Shown here: one piece after another, positions 10,496 to 23,040 of the stretch
How positions within the stretch are numbered: the first letter of the stretch is position 1
Layout of the letters: each line of letters starts with the position of its first letter
NCBI GenBank assembly: GCA_028534125.1
Contig: CM052829.1
Coordinates: forward strand, 1,116,001 to 1,180,000
Reading direction: 5' to 3'
DNA length: 64,000 nucleotides
Source of the DNA: Lama glama
Lineage: Eukaryota
Notes under the pieces: model-generated
Database searches by the model: none
Told to the model about the DNA's origin: nothing
What the model saw: the letters and a program-made list of their open reading frames with translations, nothing else
Translations under genes and position numbers: made by a program

Positions 10496-13400
10496 AATTT
10501 TCTAAGTCTCAGACAAAACTCCTGCAGGACACAGACCACCTTCCTTAGCAGGACCTGACCCGAGTCCTGCCCACTGTCCTTTCCCTTTCCTGCATAGTGA
10601 CCTGCTTGCTGCATGAGTCTCCACTCGCTTCTTTGGTTTCATATATTGAAAAAATTCATATAGAAATGCCCTCGATGGTAGAGTCAGAAGATAAGTAAAG
10701 AGATCATTTCACCCATATTCATTTAGGTAAAAGTAGAGCTAAGTCACTGTCAGCTAGACGTGCTACGGAATTAAACCTTCTCCACAGGGAGGCGCTGCCA
10801 AGAAAGACCACTCTTTCCAGCGCTTGCCAGGCTGGCTGCCAAGAAACTCAGCCTCATGCACCAGCTGAAGAGGTCCTGCCTTCTCAGCGGTCATGGGCTT
10901 CAGAGTACCAGCCCTCCACACCCTCGACTTTCCTCTTCTATGGACTGCATGCGCCAGGGCACAAAACCAGTCCTCTTCTGCTGAAAGGCATTCTGTGCCT
11001 CAGCTTCTCCTTCCTGGAGGACAGCCTCTGCAGAGCTGCTGACACAAGAAACAACGGCACGCGGTGGAAAGGGCTCTGAACTCGTGATGGGAAGACAAGG
11101 ATTGCAGCTGCAACCTGGACACAGGGCGCCCTCCCCACGCCCACTGAGTTGGGTCTTAAGTGGTCGACCAGACGTCACACGGAAGTGGACCCTAGGGCAG
11201 GTGCATTCTGGGAAAGAGGGATGTGCAAGAAGAGTTGTTTCACTCAGCGATAAAGAGTGACATCAGCAAATGACACGGTGTGACCAGGACAAAGGGAGGG
11301 TTGCTGGGGACGGGGTGTGCACAGCATGGACTTTCTGGTTCCTATTTTGTTCCTTTCTTTTCTTCAAAAATATTTCTTCATTAGAGAAGTTACAAAGACA
11401 AAATTCCTATTCTGTTGCCCTTGAATTAACAAATTTATCCCTGTGTAAGGTAACAAGTGGGTATCATTTAACAGGGTAAAGTGTTAAACAAAACAATGGC
11501 ACTTTTTAAAGCCCGTCAAAGAGTGCTCCCAAAAGTGCTGTTTCATGGCAGATGCACATGTTTCTCAGGAGATTTTTGAAAAATCAGAAACTAACACTTC
11601 CTGAATTTAAGGAATCTCTGATGACAACACCATTCTGCATCAATCAGTCAGACTCTGAGGTGTCTGAACAGAGAACGGTACCTCAGAGTCTCTGGAAATA
11701 AGGACATTATGCATTTTAAATAAGTTAACTAATTTAACAAGCAAAAGCACAGGGGAAAGACGGATAAGTGGGATGAGAACTCAAAACTCTGAAACTTCTG
11801 CTGAAAATCACTCTTGAACAACTTATCTCAGGAATTTCTGAAAGATAATTAACAACCAAAGAGCAGTCAATTTATCTTTTTCTGTCAGAGGGAGAAACCC
11901 TTGATTTTTCTGAAAAATTGTTCTGGATTTCACAAGTCAGAGGAGAGCTAAGAAAAAAACCTAAATCATCCTGTCAGGGAAAACATTCTAGAAGTTTCCA
12001 TGGCCTGCTGTTCTTTATTATAAACCAGGTTTGGAGAAGTTTCCTACCATCATTGGTCATCCGGGAGCCTCCGAGCAGCCTGACACACAGTGATGTATTC
12101 GAGCCTGTGGTCTCGGTCTGTCCAGTTGCATTCTCGGGGGGTTAAGTTATCAGGAAGAGCAGCGCTCAGTTCCCGCCATTGGCCGCCCCTGTCATTAGTC
12201 CTGCCTCTGCTCTAAGAGTAACAATCCGGTGCTCTGGCCAACATCCAGCTCGGATAATTGGATCTTGCCTGTCTCTGCTCCCCTTGGAATTTCTGGCGGG
12301 GGAGTGATTTTTCACCCACTCCCCAGCACTGCGCCGGGCAGGGACCACCGCACACTGCCAAGGGAGTCCTGACCCAAACAGCACCGTCCGAGGCGCGGGC
12401 GAAGTACTCCTGACACTGGCACAAAACCTGGAAAAGAGCTTTTACGAGTGACATCGTGACATGTTCAGATATTAAGGGAAACCTGTTACGCTCCAGTCTC
12501 CATTTCCTTCATTTTTCTAACTGCTTACAAGTTTGCTCTCTTGTTTACGAGCATCAGTCCTGGGACCAGAAAACTGTGGTGGTCACTGCTGGAGCACAGG
12601 TCTGGGTTGCATCTCCCAAAGTATCTGGCATTGGGCCAGATGCTCAGTGGGCTAGAATTTTAAAAGAAGAAATTCTCAGTTATAAGAGGAAGATAAAACA
12701 GAGAAGGCAGAGTGCCACCAAAGTGTTCTGATGGGTCCTGGGATTTGGACGCGGTAGAACCAGGAGGTGGGGGAGATGGGATGACTCCTCAGAGGGCTGG
12801 AGCGCAGATGGCAGACGGCGGTGGGGGGTCGGGGGAGCTGCTTCATTTGGGGGAGAGGAGGACCACGGACACTCCTCTCAGGCCCGTGTGCCAACCAGCC
12901 CTGGGGGATCTGCAGATCCTAGAAGCCAGACCAAATCGGGGGCTGTCAGGGGTGCTGAGGAAAGGCTGGGGATACAGCACGTTTACAGTGAAAGGACCAC
13001 AGATGGAGAAGATGTGAACATGCAGCTGCGGCTCTGGATAAAGAGGTTTCCAACATGACAGACGCTGTAGTGAAGGCTGGTCCCCGAGGCAGACGCAACC
13101 CCCGGCAGGACTGGCCCTGACACGCGTGTGCCTGCGTCAGTCGTGAACGTGCATTATTTAAATGAGTCTGTACCACAGAAAGGCTTCACAGCCTCAATAA
13201 ATCCAGATTAGCTCTGAGGAGAACCTAACTCACACAGATGGGTGCAGGCCAGTTAGAAGCAAGTTCATCGTTTTTTCAAGCGTACGCTATACTTGGCGAG
13301 TTTTTACAGTGGTTATTTCAGACAAACTGCTCTAATAAAGAGACAGGAATTATTGTCACAGAATAACAGCTGTTAAGCCACAAATTTAACATATTTAACT

Positions 13401-14482
13401 GAGCTTTAGAACACGGTGTCCTCTGAAGTTATTTAAACTGTCTCTGAAGTACTGCTGACACTATCCATTTGCCTGGGAGATGCTTTTTCACGACTAATTG
13501 AGATCTCAACTGTCTTCCATCTCTCTTCTGCATAGTCATAACTTTCCAAGTAACAGGCCAAACTGACCGAGACTTTATTACGCTAATGTAACTGATATTA
13601 CGGCCTGCCATCTTAAAGAATGTTTTTAACTTGGCCCTTTAGATTTAAAACCTGGCTGTAAAAGAAACAGTAAAACCAAAACAAGTCGGATTCCTTCTAA
13701 AGTGCCTCTGGGTGGAGTGCCGCTGGCGGGGAGTGGGTGCCGCCGTGGACCCCACCTTCAGATTTCCTGGGGCTCATCGTGTTGTGTCAGATGGTTTGTC
13801 TACCTACCTTAGAACTATGCAAAAAGCTAACCTACTTTTGTTTTTAACCATTTGTGGATGTACTTCTGTTTCACCAACCCCAGCTTCCTGGTGTCTGTCT
13901 AGTTGAGGCTAACTGCATTCTCACTGTTTCTACCACCACGGTTTCTACCACCGTGGTCCCCACCACGCACAAGCCTCTGTCCCCCCTCTGCCATAAGAGC
14001 CCCACGTCTACCAAAGTGGGAGCCAGCAGGCCCCTCATCCAGTGAGACTGTGTGGCCTACGTCCCTGAGATACGTCGTGTCTTTTCCACTTCTCCATCTT
14101 TTCTCACCTTTTTGTGAGGTCTTTCCTGGCCCCGATCCCCAACTCAGCGACACCCTTTCCCCCACAGATGACCCTGTACCCTGTTCTCTCAAGGCCCACG
14201 TGGGTGCTCACAATTGGACGCAGATGCGTCGTGGGAAATACCGTCATGCCGGGCGCGCCCAGCTCTGCGCGTCCCGGCGCGAAACTGACAGTGGGGCCCC
14301 TCGCCCAAACATGACCAAGAAGAGATCACAAAACTGTTTTCAAAAACGTCTTGATGGAGACAGTGGACGGTTAAACCAGTGCAGCCACCCAGCTGCTGCC
14401 AACCACAGGCTTCTGCAAACACAGCTGAGCCGCCCTGAGAAGGGAACCTGCCATCTTCTCGGACAAGAAGTAAATGCATGGG

Positions 14483-14799
14483 ACAGAGACAGACCTGCAG
14501 ACATGGTGACAGGCTACGGTTACAGGGGAAAGGGGGTGGGAGGGGATACATTTGGGAGTTTGAGATTTGCAAATGTTAGCCACTATGTATAAAAATAGAT
14601 TTTTAAAAAAGTTTCTTCTGTATAACACAGAGGACTGTATTCAATATCTTGTAATAACCTTTAATGAAAGGGAATAAGAAAACGAATCTATGTGTGTACA
14701 TGCCTGACTGGCACATTGTGCCATGCACCAGGGATTGACACACTGTAACTGACTGTACTTCAATAAAAATTCGTTTTTAAATTTAAAAAAGAAAAAAAA
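14483..14799 (+). mobile_element. LINE-1 3' UTR fragment, camelid-type, with possible TSD
   Basis: gggagtttgagatttgcaaatgttagccacta...ctgactgtacttcaataaaaa plus A tail. Flanks aagaagtaaatg (14465-14476) and aagcagcaaatg (14798-14809). Confidence 0.88.
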
Positions 14800-17700
14800 G
14801 CAGCAAATGGGTAGATGAGTTGCACAGGAATCTCAGAACGTCCTGTCCCTGGCGGCTCCAGGGGAGGGCAGCCCCTCAGACACATGCATCTCCGTTTTTA
14901 GACCAGATGGGTCACTGCGGCTGAGAGGTGGCTCAGCAATGCGGTGGCCTCGATGGCCACTTCCCCGGGACAGGAGCTTTGACTCGACCTGGCGGTGACG
15001 GCCGTCACCATCAGGATGGACACCTGGCAGTCCTGTGATCCCATGGTTTCCGCTGCGGGTGTGGCCGGCAGGGGAAGAGTGAGAGAATTCGACGTGCCGC
15101 CTGCCAGCCGCGGGCTCGGGGCACGCGAGCAAAGTGCTTCTATTAATTAGGGTCGTGAGCACTCCCTTGGAAGAATGTGAAAAAAACCCTCTCCACTTCC
15201 CTGCCCCCTCTCTTGCCCCTTTACCTAATCCCGAAGGTCTTCCCGAGTTTGCACCTCTCAGCCCCAGCAGGGCCCTGATGCCCGGGAAGTGCCCCCCTGT
15301 GCCTCCAGCCACCTCAGAAAAGAACCTCCATGCTCGCTTTCCATCCAGCAGTCAAGGTTTTAATAAACGGAAAAAGCGCCCGGCACCTTCTCGTAAGTAA
15401 CGTAAAATGTTCAGTCGACCTTCATTGTCCTTGCCTCCGCCCGCGCCTCCTTGCCTTTATTCGTCCTCATTTTATGGGGGATGAGTAATCCCCACAGTTT
15501 CCTCCCAGCCTTTTCCAGTTTCTCCTCATCCCCTTAAAATGTTCTAGTAAAACCTCACCGGCTCCTGCCAAGTGCGGTGCGTGGTCAGGCTTTAGTTCTG
15601 GCCTCAGAGACGCTTGCTGCAACGTCCTAGCGTCTCACCGGCTCTTTCTTAAAGCGACACTCAGTGCCGAGCAGAGGTCTGTTCCACACACACCCGCTGC
15701 ATCTGTTCAGACTTTTCCCAGTTCCTGCGACACGTCTGTGAGGCGGAGCCGCAGCTCAGGACGACCCTGCAGAACATCGCACGCCCCCCTGGGCTCCCCA
15801 GCCCCCTCGTCCTGGGGCTCCTGTCTTACGAAGTCTTGCGCATGGAAACGACATGGCGCTTTTAACTGAGGTTTATTCACAGCTTCCTTTCCTCAATAAA
15901 GCTGGATTTAATGGTCTGCTTCTTTGTCATGCTTTCTGTACAATGAAAGTTTCTTCTCTGGGATTAGTAATCTTGTTTAGGTACAAGTTTAATTTCACAT
16001 TTAATCATCATGCTCACTGGTCAAGAAATAAAATAATGGAGCCCAGGCCGCTCTCCGAAGCATCGCTGTTCAGAATGGCCTCCTCCACATCTGGAACCAG
16101 CCCAGATGCTGACCCTGAACAAGCACCGATCTTCAACAGCAAAGTCACCCGACTGCCCTTAAAAGCAAAGCACTCTCTTTCAAACCCTCTCCTGCACAAA
16201 GCACACCTGTGCCCGCCTCCACACCGCTTCACCCGGGCGCGGCCCTGGGGAGGCGGGTACCAGGGAGCCTCTCCGAGCCGGGACTGAGCAGAGGCCAGCC
16301 CTGGAGAGGAGCCCTCCCCGGGCAGAGCACGTGTGGTGTGTCCGCAGGGGTGGAGAACCCCACGTCTGTTCCCGGCTCCGCTAAAATTGAGATGGTCTGT
16401 GAGGTCGGGTCTTGGCCGGACACCGAAATCACAAGCTGACGTTTTTAGCCGGTGAAGTGTTGACACCTCACATTGTCCTTGAAAGAGCCTGAAGGCCCAG
16501 CCCGCGTGAGAGGAAAGCAAAGCCTGGCCTCTGCCACGCCGTCCCCTGCACCGGCGCCAGGGGCAGGGTCTCGTCACCTCTGGGAAAACACCTTAAGCCA
16601 CCTTAGGGCACGGTAGGGGTCGTTCTTTGCCGCCTCGGAAAATCATAATTAATTTCGACAGCAGGCAGAAGGGTGCTGAGGTCGCACACGAGACGCTCAG
16701 GGGCGCTCTTCAGGGTTTCTAGTGATTCCAGGATCCCGTGGTGCCTGAGACCCCGGGCCCCCAGAAAAGAGACTTTCCTCGCTGTTGACTTCAGAAGCTC
16801 AGTGTGGTGGCCTCACCCCCCGAGGGCCTTTGAGGGAGGGGCCTTCTCTCTGCAGACTACGGCGAGGACCACGGAGCTGCCGGGGATGCTGTGAGGCAGG
16901 GCTGTTTAACCAGAACGAGTGTGCTCCCCAGATCCGGGCGCCAGCACTGAGGAGCTTGGGGGCCGGTGGGGGACGAAGCAGGGAAGTGAGGAGCACGCTT
17001 TCACGTCTGCCAGGAAACCCGAGACCCTGTTCATCGCTCACCGCCCCCTTGCGGGTGCTGGCGGGGCTTCAGAGTGTCAGTGTTGGGTCCCCCAAAGCCC
17101 CGGGGAGACACCAGAGCTTCCCCCAAACTGCTGGAGGAAAGACAGGGTAGGAGAAGGGAGTGAGATTTCTCCCTGTCGACACACCTGCTCTCAGGCCTCT
17201 TTCCGTCCGTTAGCATGAGCAGGAAAAATCTGCCCAAAGCCCTGCACAGGATGTAAATAAACATCTGGCAGTGAACAGACCCCCTAAACGCGAATGGCGT
17301 GTGAGGGTGTTGTCAGCTTGGCTTGGAAAATAAAGGCCCCGTGTGGGCTGAAACTTAGGAAGGCTGCTTAAAATGCAAACCATGCCTTTTAAGAAGAAAG
17401 TGCCTGAGACTTTGGGTGACTTCAGTGTCCGCCCACCAGCACGGTGCTGGGTTGCTCTGCAAGCTGTTCTGCCCTCCCTGCAAGAGCAGCCTCCTCGGTC
17501 CAGGAGTTATTTTCAGCCCTCCTTGTTCTTCCCTAATAAGGATAATTATCTCCAAAAAGGCAAAGTGATGCAGTGGTCCTGAACGGCACACTCCCAAGCA
17601 CCTACAATTGCAAAACAAACTGACCTTTACAGCGTTGCACAAAACGGCCCGCATGCCTGAGGACACCGGCTCCGTCTAAGGACGAGGGGCGGTCACCTCC

Positions 17701-19053
17701 CGGCCCTCCCCTTCCAGCAGGCGGGCGGGCGCGTTTCCACAGCCCCCGCGCGGCCCGGTCTCCCTGCCGTGCTGGATGTTCCTTCTTCAAGCGGCAAACT
17801 GACTCCCAAACAAACCAGCACTGACGCCACGACGTGTTTCTCAATATCACACATCAGCCTCTCCCGGAAGTTGAATGCCCGCTCCAGACTTCAGTCCAGT
17901 CCCAGCCCGGGTTCCCTGTGCTGGATTCCAGCACAAAGCAGCTTCCTTCCCACCAGCGCGGCCCCCGGGGCAGCCCGGAGGGGCTGCCTCTGCCGTAGCG
18001 CCTCTGATGGGTGAGGAGCAGGGCTTGAATGGCACTCATATGTGCAAAAACCACACGCAGCTCGATTTAGAAGTAATGCAGTTTGGGATTATCAAAAAAC
18101 AAAAATTGAGAGTCTTGGACCTCAGAGACAAAGAACATGTTGTTTGGTGTTTGTGCAGCATGGTTAAGATCAGCTAAAAAGAGCAAACAGGCATGGAGGC
18201 TTTCCAGGCACCAAGCAGTTGCTAAATCCATTCCTTCCTGTTAGAAAAAATATTGTCCACCAGTGTTAAAACCTGACTTCAGAGGCAAGAGACGCTGGAT
18301 GGGTGTTGAGGTGTCCCAGGGATGGTCTAGCCGCCTCCACCTTTGCTCATAAGCAGGGAAACAGCTTTACATTGCAGAACGGGAAACCCCTTTCATCAGT
18401 GGCAGCGCTAACAATGCAAGGACCACAAAGTGTCTCTAAACAGGAATTTACCCAGATTTTGTCTAAGACCAAGATCCCACACATGCTCTAAAGCAAGGCC
18501 ATTAGAGAATGATTTTCATGGTCGTTGAGGCTTTGGCTAAATAAATATACACAATCCGGAGGCATTTAAAGGAGAAAAAAAAGGATCGAAATAAAACAAA
18601 ATAGCAACTAGCTTTGACACATCGTACGGATGCCACCGAATCCACCACGTGCTGCAGGAATCCTGTCTCTAAACTCCCCTATTTCATCAGGTGAACCTCA
18701 TGGCCGAACACTGAGGGGTCAGCGGCGGTGCATGGCTCAGACCACGCCGACACCTTCAGCCCCACGTAAACTCCCGGAAGACGTGGGTCCAGGCAAGGCC
18801 TTAGGGTTAACTGTCAAAGTGATCATTTCTGTTGGACCGTAAACCACTTAACGGGTTTTTTGATGGAGGAGACCATCCTGAAGACACTTCTGTGCGGGTA
18901 TTTTTAATAATCATAAGACTAAACTCACTGCCTCTGTGAATTTAAAATAGTTCTTTGCAGTTAAATTCACTTGACATCCTTCCTTGATCCAAAATGTGCA
19001 AGAAAGCTCAGAGAGGTGGCCGGCGCACCCGGGCAGCCCCCCGTGCCACTCAC

Positions 19054-19136
19054 CCTGGAGCTGGCGGCCCTTGTACAGATCCCGCGTCCTGGCTGGATGG
19101 GCCCTGGCCGTATTGTCGCACTTCGGCTGCTCGTAC
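19054..19136 (-). CDS. SMOC2: SMOC2 coding exon (exon 9, 83 nt, phase 2-1): RYEQPKCDNTARAHPARTRDLYKGRQLQG
   Basis: Acceptor ccctccccgcag|G TAC GAG and donor CAG G|gtgag. Peptide in ORF 18911..19270(-). Supplies the last Cys of the thyroglobulin domain. Confidence 0.96.
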
Positions 19137-22100
19137 CTGCGGGGAGGGAGGGAAGAGAGAAGAGTGGGTGTCTCCTCCGGGTTCTCCCATCCTCGGCCCC
19201 AGGTACCCGGGACACCAGGCATCATAGGACACCGCTCAGGAGGTATGACCTCTGGTGACCTATGCAACAATTAAATGTCACCTTCCCGGCCTGTAGGAAG
19301 AAGAAAGCTACACACAGCCCTCCCTCCCCACCTCGTTCCTGAAGCACCTCGCACAGCGGCCAAGCCCAGGACCAGGACGGGTGCGGCGCGGGGCGGGGCG
19401 GGGGCTGAGGAGGGCCGCGGGGGGGCCTCCCCCACCTCAGGAGGGCGTGCGAGTCGGGGAGGCCCTCAGCATTCCAGATGGACATGTCGCTCAGTCTAAC
19501 CCACGAGGCTAACTCATGGAGGCTGTCTCCGTGTTAAAACAACAGAGAGTGAGCTGGGCACCGGCCCCACAGAGCCCACGAGGACGAGGTGCGGCCCTGA
19601 CGCCGGGTGGGCAGGGCCTGTGGGGGCTGCTGGCGGCTGCACGGCAGGGACTCCAAAACCGGTGACAACTCCCGACCGGTCTGCCCACGGGCTTCCGACC
19701 CCGGCCCAGGCGAATAGCCTGGGAACAGCCCCAGCCCGGCCCCCTTCACGGTGCTTTACAGAGGCCCCTTGGGTCTGGGCGCTGGGTGTGGGTGACACGG
19801 GGAATCCCACGTCACCCCGAGGACGGCCCCATCTCATGGGGACACCGACCACCCAATCGGGTGCATGGCGGCTGTGAGAACCTGCCTCCCAGGGCAACAG
19901 ACGTGGTCTCAGGGGTCCAGAAAGATTCTGCGAAAATGCGGGCGACACGTCGGAGCCAGCAGGGGCGGGGCGCGGGGTTGGGGGGGACACTGGGGTCCGA
20001 GGCCGCCGACTCTCAGCAGGTGAACAAGGTTCCTTTGACGCCTCACCCTCCCCTGCTGCCCTGGTGCCCTGCTCGCGCGCTGAGAGAGGGGTGGGAGAGC
20101 GTGTTTACTTCAGAGGGATCACTTCTGAGCCTTACTTTTCATTATTTCTTCTTTTCCCACCATAGAAATGAAAGAATGGGATTTCTCGCCCCAGGAATGC
20201 TTCCCCGGCGCCCCTCCGCTCGCCCCAGGGACCCGGGGCCCAGCCTAGAGGGTCGGGTCCAGCCCGGCTGGAACCAGCCAGGTCACCTCCAGCTCCTCCG
20301 GCCCCTCACTCCCTCAATAGCTGCTTTGATACCAGAGAACTTAACACCCCACTCACGCAAACTTAATATGTCTTTTCAAAGTGTTGTTTTTGAAATGAAA
20401 GCGTCTCGGACACAATCCGGCCAACAGTTAAGCGCTCATGTTTTATCCAAAGCCATTAACTCGTACTCTTGAGATGCAGTTGGTTCAGTGTGGATGGCAG
20501 TGGAACCACGGTCGCCGGGATGAGATCGGCAGGTAAAGGGACCCTTTCTCCCACCCGGGTCTCCTCTCCCACCTGGGGCTGCACAGGTGGCTGGGAGCCG
20601 ACAGCCCACCGGGGGAGCTGGCTGAGGGGCAGCCCTGCGCTCACCGGTGCTGATGTGCACTAAATTCGGGGCGCCCGGGCACCTGCTCACGACCCATAGA
20701 CCTCATTTCAGACTCTGGGTCAGCGTCCGTGGGCCACAAGTGACACCTTCACAGACGACTGCCCGGGAAAAGTGAGCTGTGAAAGGACAAGCAAAGGGCC
20801 CAGCTCCTGACCGAGCAGGCAGAACCAGGACGGGACTCCCAGGGACGCGGGCAGCCCCAGACACTCTAGGGGACACCTCGTCTGTGACAACGTCGGAGCA
20901 CGGCTCGGGGAAGCCTGGGTGCCCTGCCGTGCTGGGAAGTCGAGCTGCTGCTGTGAACTCCGTGCAGGGTCCTGCAGAGGCTCGGGTCGACGCCGGTGTC
21001 CTCCACGTGGGGACGGGAGGCCACGTCACTGCCGCCCATTCTGAACCTTCGACCTTGGAGCAGCCTGGAGGCAGCCCCACGGCACGGCCCCCCTGGGTTT
21101 GCTCCCAGCCTGGGCTGGGGATGCCTGAAGAGTCCAGCACTGCCGCTGACGTGAGAACGCACAGTCACACGGCACCGCGTGCCCCTTGAGAGGAGCACTG
21201 AGAGACACCCACGCCTGGCGGGGACAGCGAGCTCGAGAAGCAGAACCAGCGCCTTTGAAGCCTCGAGTGACACAGCTGAGGCTGTGCTGACGCCATCCCG
21301 TCTTTTCAGTCATGTTTATTCTAACTTATTCGAACAAGAAAAAGCAGTGACCATCCCTTGATGGTCTGGTTGCCCATTAGATAGCAGACCCCCTGCCAGG
21401 CAGAAATTCGATTTCGTGCTCACATGGCCGGTGAGACACACGGGCCCTGCAGGCAGGCAGCGGGCCCTCAGCCTGCAGACTGACGGCAGGTGGGCAAACC
21501 CTCATCGGCCGTCAAGAAAGGGGGAGAGAGCTCCCCATGCCGGGCCTAACACAGCCACTGGCAGTCAGCCTGAGCCACGCTTAACCCGATAGCTCCCCCC
21601 GGCGCTCCCCGCTGTTAATCAGCGACCAGGCTGGCTCTGGCCCCTCTCCTCCCTGATCCTACACCCTCCACGCTTGGCCTGGGCCCCCGCCTGCACGGCA
21701 TGCGGACCCCTCCAGCACCAGGAGGTCCAATTCATGATCATCCCCTCTCGAAACTCTGTGTTGGGGCCACTCTCTGCCTGTCTGTGCCCTGTCCTTGGCA
21801 CGGGTTCATAACACAACTTGTGCTTTTGAGTCATCTTGCATGGGGACACAAGGAAAGGGAACCGGCTTACAGTGCTTAGCGTGAAATTTTATATTTGTGG
21901 CTTCTTCCTGGTCTCAGGTTTCTAAATTTATTATTCCCCATCAGAAAATATAAATATAGAGAGTGACTGGGGGAAAAAACTTGAACCATCTACTCAAATA
22001 TAGATCAAAATTATGAAGTGTCTCCTAGAAACTGCTTATTCCAGAAAATCACAAGGAAACAGCATTTATGTAACAGTGGGTATTGAAACTGTAACGCAGA

Positions 22101-22249
22101 CGACCTTCGGCGACATCTCCACCTGACCGCAGAACCAGGAGACGTCCAGGCAGGTGAGGCCGACCTGCGGCTCAGCAGGCCCCCCTAATGTGGATGATTC
22201 TGACCGATTTCCTAGCATCCAGGTCTCCCTGGAGATCACTCGGATCAGT

Positions 22250-22640
22250 TCCACTTCTCTTGCCAGTGATGGGTTAGCCCTGGTCGTAGGACCCAATTAT
22301 GGCCAGTGACCCCTGAATAGGATCTGCAAGGGGGCTTCCTGAGAGAGAGAGGGAGGGGCTGTGTGTCCTCTGAGCATGCGGTGTGTGGATGAGATGCCGG
22401 ATGCCTGAAGCCATCTTGTGACCATGAGGGGAGTCCGTCCAAGGGCAAAGACAGCAGAGCAAGGATGTCAGAGGAAAGATTTGGAGATTCTGTGTCCTCA
22501 GTGGCATCTCCAAGTCACAGTATCAACTGCAGGGGCACGTCCCCATCTCTGCAGCTCTCCTTCAGACAGCACAGCCCTTCACGGCCAAAGCCCGCCTGCC
22601 AATGCACCAGAACTGAAACAGAGCGCTTCCTAGTAACCGG
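22250..22640 (+). mobile_element. MaLR/ERVL solo LTR relic (MLT1J/LTR16-like)
   Basis: gccatcttgtgaccatgagggg...cagagcaaggatgtcagaggaaagatttggag...gtcctcagtggcatc is a typical MLT1-type motif run. Confidence 0.6.
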
Positions 22641-22699
22641 CACATGCCGCCTTCTGGCCCAGACTGAACTCGACCCGGCTCTGGGGCCGCACTGTGCAA

Positions 22700-23040
22700 G
22701 GGGGGGGCACGTTCGCCCCCTCTGTCTGGACGCCCCCATCCCCGCAGATGTCACTGGCTCGCTGCCCCGCCTCGTCAGGACTGGACCCCGACATCCATGT
22801 CAGGAAGCGTGCTGACCGTTCCGTTCAAGTCGCACCCCCGCTCTCCCGCCCTAGTTCTCGTCTGCTTTCCTCCCGGGCTTTGTCATCCACTTGTTCTTGG
22901 CTACCATTCCGTTCCTCCCGTCAGAACGCAGGCTCCCCGGCGCTGCAGACCTCTGTGCATTTCGCTCCTGCGCCTCCCCGGCCCTGGAGCTGGGGCCGCA
23001 CCATCGAGGGAAGTCAGATGTTTCTGAGTAAGACGTGAGC
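22700..23040 (+). mobile_element. L2 (L2a-like) 3' end, strongly GC-shifted
   Basis: ccctctgtctggacgccccc...cctcccgtcagaacgcaggctcccc...cctccccggccctggagc is collinear with the L2 3' end as recalled (ctagaatgtaagctccatgagggcagggac...tatccccagcgcctagaac). Confidence 0.65.

Noticed and set aside
11985-11999. Perfect heat-shock element TTCtaGAAgtTTC
   Set aside because: Only 9 specified bases; about 0.5 hits are expected by chance in 64 kb, and there is no promoter context.
1-19053. SMOC2 exon 10 (CPGAKKHEFLTSVLDALSTDMV-like)
   Set aside because: Not found in the ORF track or by reading; presumably below coordinate 1.
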